From Bacilli bacterium (GTDB lineage: Bacteria; Bacillota_I; Bacilli_A; ML615J-28; CAG-698), in assembly GCA_050953045.1 (NCBI GenBank), contig JBMNLY010000002.1, positions 596,667-660,666 on the forward strand: 64,000 nt of DNA, written 5' to 3'. The first letter of the stretch is position 1; every line of letters begins with the position of its first letter. Positions 9,296 to 17,676 of this stretch are shown here, one piece after another. The notes under the pieces were generated by a model. It was not told the DNA's origin and made no database searches. It saw only the letters and a list, made by a program, of their open reading frames with translations. The translations under genes and the position numbers were made by a program.

Positions 9296-10912
9296 TTAAT
9301 TGTTGGTTATTTTAATAAAATATCTGGCAAGCGGTTTGTAAGTAGTCAGACAATATTCATCTTTAAATTTCTCAAGATGGGAATAACGGTAAAGAGACTC
9401 AATGTCTAGTTCCGGATATTTAACAATAAAGCTGTTATAAACTTTTTGTCTTTCCTCGCGGGTTATCTTTCTTTCCCACCAGATCATTGGTTTAATCGGT
9501 TTATATAAATAGTCCTGTTTTATAATGTATAAAAGCTCTTCTTTATCTAAATAAGCAAGGGCTTCATATAGATTTAATGCAACAGTATTAGGTTGCATAT
9601 TTTTTATATTTTTTGATTCAATAAGTTTACCTATTTCTAGAAAAGTCTGATAAGGATTTAGCTTTTTTAGAATAAAAAGATATTCCATCGTCCTTGGAAA
9701 GGAATTTGTATTAAAATAGCGATTAATCATTCTTTCAACAATTCTTATTTCATCTAAATCAGCTTTGTTCAAATATTTATTTTTTTCGATTTCATAAGGA
9801 GGTTTTTCCGAAAATTGATATTTATGAAGTTCTTTGGTAAGGCTGATTTCCGTCCCTTGTAATTCTTTTAAGAACCCGAGTTGTAATTCATCCGGAAAAA
9901 GTAAAAAGGTTTCATTGAATGTTCGTATGAAACTTTGTTTATCCTCATAGGGAAGACCGGCAATTAAGTCAAGATGAACAATTATATTGTTTTTGATTTT
10001 TAAGATATTTTCTTTTAGTTTTTCAAAATCCTGTTTTCTGTTGACAGATTTTGTAACTGTCGGATTCGTAGATTGAATGCCGATTTCAAAACGGATTTGA
10101 CCACGTCTTACGGTTTGGAGCAGTTTGATAGTTTCTTCATCCAAGAGATCGCCGACAATTTCAAATTGAAAAGTTGTAAGATTATTGTCGTTATCTCTGA
10201 TTAATTCAACAATTTCCTGCATTTTTTCCTGTTTAAGATTAAAGGTTCGGTCAAGGAATTTTACTGCTTTGGCTTTGTTTTTAAGAGTAAATAATATTTC
10301 AGATTTCACCTTATCGAGAGCAAAAAATCGAACTTTGTTATCAAGCGATGAAAGGCAATAACTGCAATGATAAGGACAACCCCGACTTGCTTCCAAATAA
10401 ATATTCCGATTTTTATAATCTTTAATTAAAGTTATATCATGTTTAACATATTTAAGATTTAAAAGGCAATCATAAGTATATCGGATTTCTTCCTTCTCTT
10501 TATAGTAAAGATTAGAAACTTGATTAAGTTTTCTCTTATTATTTAGGTATTCAATTAATTCGTTAAAGGCTTCTTCGCCTTCATTTTTAATTATAAAAGC
10601 AACCCGGTCATCAAAATGGAGTATATCAGGACGGTAAGACGCTTCGGGACCGCCGAGAAGAATCATTGTATTTTTTGAATAAACTTTGATTATTTCTTTA
10701 ATCTTTTCAATATTCCAAATGTAGACTGAGAAACCGATTAAATCATAATCTTCCTTTTCCATTGCTTGAATTATCGTTTCATTTTTGTCTTTAATGGTAA
10801 ACTCCAAAAAAGAAACAGGATATCTACTGTTAGCAATAAGCTGGTGAATTCCTATTGCCGGATGAATATATTTTAAGTTAATGCCGATTAAAAGAATTTT
10901 CATAATAAACAC
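9296..10912 (-). CDS. B12-binding-domain radical SAM protein with a C-terminal DUF4080-like extension.
   Basis: 538 aa. N-terminal cobalamin-binding-like fold followed by the radical-SAM cysteine triad CPYHCSYC (CxxxCxxC). Function unknown. Confidence 0.7.
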   Translation of the reverse strand: MFIMKILLIGINLKYIHPAIGIHQLIANSRYPVSFLEFTIKDKNETIIQAMEKEDYDLIGFSVYIWNIEKIKEIIKVYSKNTMILLGGPEASYRPDILHFDDRVAFIIKNEGEEAFNELIEYLNNKRKLNQVSNLYYKEKEEIRYTYDCLLNLKYVKHDITLIKDYKNRNIYLEASRGCPYHCSYCLSSLDNKVRFFALDKVKSEILFTLKNKAKAVKFLDRTFNLKQEKMQEIVELIRDNDNNLTTFQFEIVGDLLDEETIKLLQTVRRGQIRFEIGIQSTNPTVTKSVNRKQDFEKLKENILKIKNNIIVHLDLIAGLPYEDKQSFIRTFNETFLLFPDELQLGFLKELQGTEISLTKELHKYQFSEKPPYEIEKNKYLNKADLDEIRIVERMINRYFNTNSFPRTMEYLFILKKLNPYQTFLEIGKLIESKNIKNMQPNTVALNLYEALAYLDKEELLYIIKQDYLYKPIKPMIWWERKITREERQKVYNSFIVKYPELDIESLYRYSHLEKFKDEYCLTTYKPLARYFIKITNN

Positions 10913-11011
10913 CTTTTAAATATTATACCACTAAATCCTTATCTTTGCTTTTGTAATTTAATTTATAAGAAAAAACTATCTTTATAAAATGGTTTCATCT
11001 TGAAAATTTCC

Positions 11012-11040
11012 TTGTGATTTATGGGAAATTGTTGTATAAT
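11012..11040 (+). promoter_or_regulatory. Sigma-A-type promoter for the PFOR gene.
   Basis: TTGTGA, 17 nt spacer, TATAAT (11035-11040). GGAGG ribosome-binding site at 11064-11068. ATG at 11080. Confidence 0.5.
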
Positions 11041-11079
11041 AATAATGAATTGATGACAAAACGGAGGTTTATAAATAAT

Positions 11080-14000
11080 ATGTCAAAAAAAGTATTTCAA
11101 TCAATGGATGGTAATCAGGCAGCGGCATATGCTTCCTACGGGTTTACCGAAGTAGCAGGCATTTATCCGATTACTCCGTCTTCACCGATGGCTGAATATG
11201 TTGACGACTGGGCAAGCAAAGGAAAAAAGAACTTTTTTGGTATGCCGGTTAAAGTTGTTGAAATGCAATCGGAAGCCGGAGCAGCTGGAACTGTTCACGG
11301 TTCACTTCAAGCTGGTGCTCTAACAACTACTTATACTGCGAGCCAAGGGTTGCTCTTAAAAGTACCCAATATGTATAAAATTGCCGGAGAGCTTTTGCCC
11401 GGAGTTATACATGTTTCCGCAAGATCGCTTGCCGTTCAGGCGCTTTCAATTTTTGGCGATCATCAAGATGTTATGGCAGCAAGACAAACCGGATGGGCGT
11501 TTCTTGCGACTTCGTCTGTTCAAGAAGTAATGGATTTGGCAGGCATTGCTCATCTTGCAGCAATAAAAACAAGCCTTCCTTTTTTGCATTTCTTTGACGG
11601 TTTCAGAACTAGTCATGAAATTCAAAAGATTGAAGTTTTAGATGAAACTGTTTTAAAGAGCTTAATTGATTGGGAGGCAGTTGAGCGTTTCCGAAATCGA
11701 GCTTTAAGTCCGAACCGTCCTGTAACGAGAGGTTCTGCTCAAAACGATGACGTTTACTTCCAAGCTCGTGAAGCTCAAAATAAATTTTACACTGATGTTC
11801 CGAAAATTGTTCAGGAATATTTTGATGAAATTTCAAAAGCTACGGGCAGAGAATATAAACTCTTTAATTACTATGGAGCACAGGATGCAACCGATATTAT
11901 TATCGCTATGGGTTCTGTCTGTGAGACAATTAAAGAAGTTGTCGACTACCTGAACGATCATGAGAACAAAAAAGTCGGTTTGGTTAATGTCCATTTATAC
12001 CGTCCTTTCTCAGTCGAACATCTCTTAGAAGCAATTCCGGCAACTACAAAACGGATTGCAGTTCTGGATAGAACCAAAGAACAAGGCGCGCCTGGCGAAC
12101 CTTTGTATTTGGATGTAAAAGCTGCGTATTACGGAAAGGAAAATGCCCCGTTCATTATCGGCGGTCGTTATGGACTTTCCAGCAAGGACACTGATCCTGC
12201 TCAAATTTTTGCAGTTTATGAAAACCTTGAAAAAGGAGAAAAAGCTGTAGATAGTTTTACTATTGGTATTGTTGATGATGTCACTCACCTTTCTTTACCG
12301 ATTACTAAAGATAACGATGTTTCCGGCGAAGGCGTCAGCCAACTGATTTTCTACGGAATCGGAAGTGACGGAACAGTCGGTGCTAATAAGAGTACGGTTA
12401 AGATCATTGGTGAAAACACTGATTATTATGCGCAAGCATACTTTGCATATGACTCCAAGAAATCAGGCGGAGTTACAAGAAGCCATTTGCGTTTCTCGAA
12501 GAAGCCGATTCGTTCAACCTATTTGGTTAAGAAAGCAGGCTTTATCTCCTGCTCGCTCGATACATATGTAGAAAAGTATGATATGCTTGCTGATCTTAAG
12601 GAAAACGGAACCTTCTTATTAAATTCAACGAAATCCGATCAAGAATTAATTGATTTCATGCCGAATTCCTTTAAGAAACAACTTGCGGAAAAGAAAGCTA
12701 AGTTCTATGTGATTGATGCTGTTAACCTTGCTCAAGAAATCGGACTCGGAAAGCGCACCAATACGATTATGCAATCGGCATTCTTCAAATTAAATGAGCA
12801 AATTATGCCTTATGAAGAAGCCAAAGACTTAATGAAGAAATATGCTTATAAATCATATATCAAAAAAGGTCAAGCTATTGTTGACATGAACTACAAAGCC
12901 ATTGACCTTGGCGGAACGGGAATCAGAGAAGTTAAGGTTGATCCGACCTGGGCTAACCTCACTCCTGAAAAACAAGAAGTTCCTGAGGGACTTCCGAAGT
13001 TCGTACAAGGTTTGGCAAATCCTGTCAATGCGATTAAAGGTTATGACCTTCCGGTTTCCGCATTTGATGGTTTTGAAGACGGAACAATGGATAATGGTTC
13101 AACTTCTTATGAGAAACGTTATATCGCTTCTTTTGTTCCGAAATGGATTAAGGAAAACTGTATCCAATGTAACCAGTGTAGCTTTGCTTGCCCGCATGCG
13201 GTAATCAGACCTTTCCTCTCTACTGAAGAAGAAGTCAGCAAGGCTCCTGAAGGTTCCGAATACTTAGTACCGGTCGGAAAAGGATTTGAAGGCTTGAAAT
13301 ATTCAATCGTTGTTTCTATTCCTGACTGTACTGGATGTGAAGTTTGTGTAAACGTATGTCCGGGTAGAAAGGGCGAAAAAGCTTTAGAAATGGTTCCGAT
13401 TGATCAAGCCATTCATGAACGTAAAGATAAAGTCGCTGAATACTTCTTTGATTATGTAACATATAAATCTGATTTGGTTGATGTTGCGGCTAATCCGAAG
13501 AATTCCCAGTTTGCACAACCGTTATTTGAATTCTCTGGCGCTTGCGCAGGTTGCGGCGAAACACCTTATATTAAACTGGTGACTCAGCTCTTCGGCGAAG
13601 ATATGATTATCGCAAACGCAACCGGTTGTACGTCTATTTACGGCGGAAGTTTCCCGGCGACACCTTATACAACTAATGCTGAAGGCAAAGGCCCCGCTTG
13701 GGCAAACTCGCTCTTTGAAGACAATGCGGAATTTGGATTCGGTATCAGAATGGGAACAGAAACTATCAGAAGCAGAATCGGCGTTTTCATGGAAGAAGGT
13801 CTTAAAGATGCAACCATTTCCGAAGAAGTTAAAGAACTCTATCAGGCATGGTTAGAAAATCGAGATAGTAGGCAAGAAACGAAGAAGATTGCGAAAACTT
13901 TGGTGCCGTTACTTGAAAAAGAAACCGCAACAAGCGCTAAAGAAGTCTTTAAGCTTAAGGATTATCTGAATAAACGCTCACAATGGATTATTGGTGGCGA

Positions 14001-14637
14001 CGGTTGGGCTTATGATATCGGCTTTGGCGGGCTTGACCATGTCATCGCCAACAATGAGGATGTCAATATCCTTGTTCTTGATACTGAGGTTTATTCCAAT
14101 ACTGGTGGTCAAAGTTCGAAATCAAGTCAAACTGGTTCGATTGCTAAATTCACCGCTGCCGGAAAACAAGGTAAAAAGAAAGACCTTGCTGCGATTGCTA
14201 TGAGTTACGGTCATGTTTATGTTGCTCAGATTTCCTCTGGTGCATCAATGGCACAAACACTCAAAGCAATTAGAGAGGCAGAAAGCTATAACGGACCTTC
14301 GATTATCATTGCTTATTCTTCTTGTATCGCTCATGGCATCAAAGGTGGTATGGGGAACTCGCAAAGACAAGGTAAACTTGCTGTTGAATCCGGTTACTGG
14401 TCAATGTTCAGATTTGACCCAAGACTTGAAGAAGAAGGCAAGAATCCGTTTATGCTAGATTCTAAAGAACCTGATTGGGATAAATATGAAGAATTCCTTT
14501 CTAGCGAAACCAGATATTCACAATTAAAACAAATCAATCCGACAGAAGCCGCAAGACTTTTGGAACTCAATAAAGCGGAAGCTCAAAGAAGATATCGGTC
14601 ATATAAGCGCTTAGTTGCAATGGATTACTCGCTATAA
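11080..14637 (+). CDS. nifJ: Pyruvate:ferredoxin (flavodoxin) oxidoreductase, single-polypeptide PFOR (NifJ/PorA type).
   Basis: About 1185 aa. N-terminus MSKKVFQSMDGNQAAAYASYGF; two ferredoxin-type 4Fe-4S motifs, CIQCNQCSFACP and CTGCEVCVNVCP; a TPP-binding GDG motif. The real start is the ATG at 11080 with a GGAGG site, not the track start at 11014. Confidence 0.9.
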   Translation: MSKKVFQSMDGNQAAAYASYGFTEVAGIYPITPSSPMAEYVDDWASKGKKNFFGMPVKVVEMQSEAGAAGTVHGSLQAGALTTTYTASQGLLLKVPNMYKIAGELLPGVIHVSARSLAVQALSIFGDHQDVMAARQTGWAFLATSSVQEVMDLAGIAHLAAIKTSLPFLHFFDGFRTSHEIQKIEVLDETVLKSLIDWEAVERFRNRALSPNRPVTRGSAQNDDVYFQAREAQNKFYTDVPKIVQEYFDEISKATGREYKLFNYYGAQDATDIIIAMGSVCETIKEVVDYLNDHENKKVGLVNVHLYRPFSVEHLLEAIPATTKRIAVLDRTKEQGAPGEPLYLDVKAAYYGKENAPFIIGGRYGLSSKDTDPAQIFAVYENLEKGEKAVDSFTIGIVDDVTHLSLPITKDNDVSGEGVSQLIFYGIGSDGTVGANKSTVKIIGENTDYYAQAYFAYDSKKSGGVTRSHLRFSKKPIRSTYLVKKAGFISCSLDTYVEKYDMLADLKENGTFLLNSTKSDQELIDFMPNSFKKQLAEKKAKFYVIDAVNLAQEIGLGKRTNTIMQSAFFKLNEQIMPYEEAKDLMKKYAYKSYIKKGQAIVDMNYKAIDLGGTGIREVKVDPTWANLTPEKQEVPEGLPKFVQGLANPVNAIKGYDLPVSAFDGFEDGTMDNGSTSYEKRYIASFVPKWIKENCIQCNQCSFACPHAVIRPFLSTEEEVSKAPEGSEYLVPVGKGFEGLKYSIVVSIPDCTGCEVCVNVCPGRKGEKALEMVPIDQAIHERKDKVAEYFFDYVTYKSDLVDVAANPKNSQFAQPLFEFSGACAGCGETPYIKLVTQLFGEDMIIANATGCTSIYGGSFPATPYTTNAEGKGPAWANSLFEDNAEFGFGIRMGTETIRSRIGVFMEEGLKDATISEEVKELYQAWLENRDSRQETKKIAKTLVPLLEKETATSAKEVFKLKDYLNKRSQWIIGGDGWAYDIGFGGLDHVIANNEDVNILVLDTEVYSNTGGQSSKSSQTGSIAKFTAAGKQGKKKDLAAIAMSYGHVYVAQISSGASMAQTLKAIREAESYNGPSIIIAYSSCIAHGIKGGMGNSQRQGKLAVESGYWSMFRFDPRLEEEGKNPFMLDSKEPDWDKYEEFLSSETRYSQLKQINPTEAARLLELNKAEAQRRYRSYKRLVAMDYSL

Positions 14638-14645
14638 GAAAGGGT

Positions 14646-14664
14646 CTGTAAAGAATTCTGTTGA
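14646..14664. repeat. 19-bp motif copy A (CTGTAAAGAATTCTGTTGA).
   Basis: Matches copies B and C at 18/19 positions. Contains the palindromic core AGAATTCT. Confidence 0.7.
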
Positions 14665-14707
14665 TAATTAAATATGATTATATTTAATTATCGACGATAA
14701 ATCGTCC

Positions 14708-14726
14708 CTGTCAAGAATTCTGTTGA
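14708..14726. repeat. 19-bp motif copy B (CTGTCAAGAATTCTGTTGA).
   Basis: Direct repeat of copy A 62 bp upstream and copy C at 16245, which lies on the other side of the IS. Confidence 0.7.
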
Positions 14727-14741
14727 TGAATTTTCTTGATA

Positions 14742-14791
14742 AAAAGGTCTATGTTGATACTCATTTTGCAGAGAAAACATAGACCTTTTTT
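14742..14791 (+). terminator. Hairpin plus T-run, the likely PFOR terminator, lying just outside the IS left end.
   Basis: AAAAGGTCTATGTT, 20-nt loop, AACATAGACCTTTT, then TTTTTT. Perfect 14-bp stem. Confidence 0.55.
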
Positions 14792-16199
14792 GCCAGATTT
14801 TTGATTTTATTTTCTGTTTTGTGGTTTCTTTTTAGGTTCATTTAATATTGCTACATTTTTATTTATAACATAGATTACCCTATTTTTAAATCTCCAAAAA
14901 TTTGAATAACCATTAGCATTTACATTTATCTTATCTATAATCGCATTTAAACCTTCTATGGCTCCAGATGATAATCTTCTAGGCTTTGGTTCATCATCTT
15001 TAGTGGATGGTTTGGTTAATGCATCAGGAATTGTAATAAACGAATTAATGATGTATTCTTTCCATGCGGATAAAGTTTTAGCCACTTCAAAGAAGCTAGG
15101 AAGATTAGAAGAATAAAAATCATCTATTAGTATTTCTAATTCGGCTGCAGCATTTTCATATGAAGTGGTTTTATTAAATTCTCTATACCTAGATGTAAGA
15201 TAATATGCTTTTTCTAATCTTGGATCAATTTCAAGCAAATACTTTAGTAAGCTATGCTTATCAAACCACATTTTCATTTTTCTATTATAAAACCTTTTAT
15301 CAGTGAGATTATCAAACTCTGAAACGAAATAATATCTATATTTCTTTAAAAGATAATAATATGGATGATTATCTTCAATACTATCGGTTTTTAGGTTATA
15401 TTTTTGCATTACACTGATTCTAATGCTATTCATAGCATTATTTATGTTTCTCATAACATGAAATGAATCTATAGCAATTTTTGCATTTCTAAAGAATCTT
15501 TTAGCTACATCTAGATACGTTTCCCACATATCCATGGTAATATATCTAACTTTCAGTCTTTCTTCAAGTGGGATCTTAGAAAAATATCGTTCCAAAACAT
15601 ACTTATGTCTTGAATGGACAATATCATAGATTTCGACTTTTTTAAAATCAGCAATAATAAACAAATAAACATTATCAGTCATATTCTTGTTTACATGCTT
15701 TTCATCAAAACTTAGAATCTCTGGCAATTTTCCAGGAGTATAATCTATATATCTGTCAAAAACATCAATGACGTTTTGTCTAGATATATGAAGATCGCGG
15801 GGGACACTTTCAAAAGTAACGTTGGCTGACTTAAGTTTCTCCAGGATAATAAAAATAGTTTCTTTTGATAGAGTTTCTTTAGGATTAGAAAAAGTATCTT
15901 TTTCATAAAAAACATTATTACAGACCTTACACTTATATCTTTGTATATGACATGTAACAATGAACAATAAAGTATGATAAGTACAATGTTTAACGGTTTT
16001 AGTAGTTGTTCCATTTTTAGATAATGAAGTAGAACCACAGTTAGCACAAACTTCATCTTCGGGGATGTAATAGGCATCTACATAAACAATTTTCCCAACA
16101 ACACGATATTTAAAACGGTCAAAATCGAATTTAGTATCTTTAAAAAAATAGTAATAAATGATATAATATTACCGTCCTTTCAGCTATAAAAATCTGGCG
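14792..16199 (-). mobile_element. ISL3-family insertion sequence, about 1.4 kb.
   Basis: Single transposase ORF bounded by inverted copies of GCCAGATTTTT (14792-14802) and AAAAATCTGGC (16188-16198). The terminal inverted repeats are only 11 bp. No clean 8-bp target duplication was found. Confidence 0.65.
14807..16168 (-). CDS. ISL3-family transposase; N-terminal start codon uncertain.
   Basis: ISL3 architecture: N-terminal zinc ribbon CANCGS...C.YH...C.VC, then the DEKH...ITMDMW catalytic-core region. The open frame extends upstream to the stop at 16169-16171 with no in-frame ATG, GTG or TTG before the zinc ribbon. The track TTG at 15967 would truncate the zinc-finger domain. Confidence 0.6.
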   Translation of the reverse strand, partial: YYIIYYYFFKDTKFDFDRFKYRVVGKIVYVDAYYIPEDEVCANCGSTSLSKNGTTTKTVKHCTYHTLLFIVTCHIQRYKCKVCNNVFYEKDTFSNPKETLSKETIFIILEKLKSANVTFESVPRDLHISRQNVIDVFDRYIDYTPGKLPEILSFDEKHVNKNMTDNVYLFIIADFKKVEIYDIVHSRHKYVLERYFSKIPLEERLKVRYITMDMWETYLDVAKRFFRNAKIAIDSFHVMRNINNAMNSIRISVMQKYNLKTDSIEDNHPYYYLLKKYRYYFVSEFDNLTDKRFYNRKMKMWFDKHSLLKYLLEIDPRLEKAYYLTSRYREFNKTTSYENAAAELEILIDDFYSSNLPSFFEVAKTLSAWKEYIINSFITIPDALTKPSTKDDEPKPRRLSSGAIEGLNAIIDKINVNANGYSNFWRFKNRVIYVINKNVAILNEPKKKPQNRK

Positions 16200-16244
16200 A
16201 TTTTATTATAGCAAAGGACTTTTTTTATGACAATTAAAAAATGG

Positions 16245-16263
16245 CTGTCAAGAATTCTGTTGC
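16245..16263. repeat. 19-bp motif copy C (CTGTCAAGAATTCTGTTGC).
   Basis: Same orientation as A and B, 45 bp beyond the IS right end. It forms an 8-bp inverted repeat with TTGACAGC at 16279-16286. Confidence 0.7.
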
Positions 16264-16269
16264 CAATCA

Positions 16270-16312
16270 ACAAAATTTTTGACAGCTTGTGTTTTCGACA
16301 AAATTTTTGACA
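16270..16312. promoter_or_regulatory. Two direct copies of the ACAAAATTTTTGACA dyad (16270-16284 and 16298-16312) upstream of apbE-suf.
   Basis: Each copy contains the 5-1-5 palindrome CAAAAtTTTTG fused to a TTGACA hexamer. Start-to-start spacing is 28 bp. Candidate operator or promoter elements. Confidence 0.4.
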
Positions 16313-16464
16313 TACCTAAATGAAAAACTTTTTTGAAAATTAGCATAAGTGATATCTGTTTATCTTAATCTAGTGTTATTATTTGGAAATCTTATTGTTT
16401 TTTCAGCAAATATTTTAATTTAGTAGTATAATAATATAGTTAGAATCTGTTGGAGGATTTATCT

Positions 16465-17676
16465 GTGAAGACCTATACCAAAAAATTCAGTTTTGTAATA
16501 CTTGTTGCTTTTCTCTTTATCGTTCTCTCTGCCTGTCAGCGGGATTATTATAATAAATTTGTCCTGACAAGTGCTTTTCAAACTACTAATACCCTCGAAA
16601 TCTTTACAAAAAATCCGATTTCGAAAGAGGAGCTTGAAATTATAAAAGAGGAAGTTAATAATATTTTAATCGGATTGGATAATATCTTTAATGTTCAGGA
16701 GCGTTATTCCGAAAAATTAGATTCCGTCCTTTCTAAGGTTTCCGAAAAGGCAGGAGTTGAACCCGTAGAAGTTAGCGAAGAAGTTATCTTTGTTTTGAAA
16801 AAGGCGTTAGAAATGTCTGAACTCTCAAAAGTTCAGTTTCAAAATGAAGAAGTAGCTTTATTTGATCCAACTATTTCTCCCGTATGGAAAACTTGGGATT
16901 TTCCAACTAATCAATATGATCATTTTGATAATATTCTTGCGGTTAGTGAAATTGAAGAGATAAAAGAAGAGATTAAGGAAATTATAAATGCAGGTTTAGT
17001 TGATTATAAAAAGATAAAAATAAATGAAGAAGATAAAACTGTATATTTAGAAAAAGAAGGTATGGAAATTGATCTCGGCGCGATTGCGAAGGGTTATGCG
17101 GCCGACAAAATTAAAGATTATCTCGTTAATCGCGGCTATAATTCTTGTATTATAAGTGTCGGCGGCAATATCTTGCTGGTTGGTGATCTCTTCGGAAAAC
17201 CTTTTAAAATCGGAATTAGAACACCTTATATCAACTGGACTAATTTAAGAAAAGATAAAAAAGGAAAATACATTAATGAAGCCTTTGGCTTAATTGAAGT
17301 TTCTGACTTGAGTGTTGTTACCTCAGGAACTTATGAAAGATACATTAGAGATCGAAGTGGAAACGAATATCATCATATTCTGCATCCGGCGACAGGTTTG
17401 CCGATAAACAACAATGTTGTTTCGATTACGGTTATAACCGAAGAATCAATTATGGCTGACGGATATAGCACGACACTTTTTGCTTTGGGTATGGAAAAAG
17501 GTCTGGAGATTGTAGAAAATACAGAAGGACTAGAAACTATTTGGGTCATTAGAAACGGTAAAACCTTTGAAATATATCTTTCATCGGGACTGGCGGATAG
17601 TTTTTCCTTTAATGAAAATGTGATAGAAGATGGATTTGTGTATAAAGGAGTTTATAATGAGAACGCTGAAAATTAA
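16465..17676 (+). CDS. apbE: FAD:protein FMN transferase (ApbE family) lipoprotein with an extra N-terminal domain.
   Basis: GTG start 8 nt after GGAGG. Signal peptide with lipobox LSAC. ApbE motifs DLGAIAKGYAADK and TSGTYERY. About 100 extra residues precede the ApbE core. Confidence 0.75.
   Translation: MKTYTKKFSFVILVAFLFIVLSACQRDYYNKFVLTSAFQTTNTLEIFTKNPISKEELEIIKEEVNNILIGLDNIFNVQERYSEKLDSVLSKVSEKAGVEPVEVSEEVIFVLKKALEMSELSKVQFQNEEVALFDPTISPVWKTWDFPTNQYDHFDNILAVSEIEEIKEEIKEIINAGLVDYKKIKINEEDKTVYLEKEGMEIDLGAIAKGYAADKIKDYLVNRGYNSCIISVGGNILLVGDLFGKPFKIGIRTPYINWTNLRKDKKGKYINEAFGLIEVSDLSVVTSGTYERYIRDRSGNEYHHILHPATGLPINNNVVSITVITEESIMADGYSTTLFALGMEKGLEIVENTEGLETIWVIRNGKTFEIYLSSGLADSFSFNENVIEDGFVYKGVYNENAEN

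Noticed and set aside
11014-11079. Track start of the PFOR ORF at 11014 (MIYGKLLYNNN...).
   Set aside because: There is no ribosome-binding site there. GGAGG at 11064 precedes the ATG at 11080, and MSKKVFQSMDGNQAAAYASYG is the conserved PFOR N-terminus. The extension is read-through of the promoter region.
15745-16077. 110-aa ORF in an alternative frame inside the IS (MPITSPKMKF...).
   Set aside because: It overlaps the transposase zinc-ribbon region out of frame. It is low-complexity and hydrophobic with no ribosome-binding site. The ISL3 homology continues in the other frame across this stretch.
14784-16206. 8-bp target-site duplication for the IS.
   Set aside because: Flanks are CCTTTTTT (left) and GATTTTAT (right), which do not match. 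The only similar flanking strings (GACCTTTTTT / GACTTTTTTT) are at unequal distances, so no target duplication can be claimed.
14646-16312. Possibility that the repeated 19-bp motifs and the ACAAAATTTTTGACA dyads form a CRISPR array.
   Set aside because: Only 3 plus 2 copies are present, with irregular spacing (62 bp, then about 1.5 kb, then 28 bp). No uniform spacers, no cas genes, and the repeats are too short. They are better explained as operator-like or repeat-family motifs.
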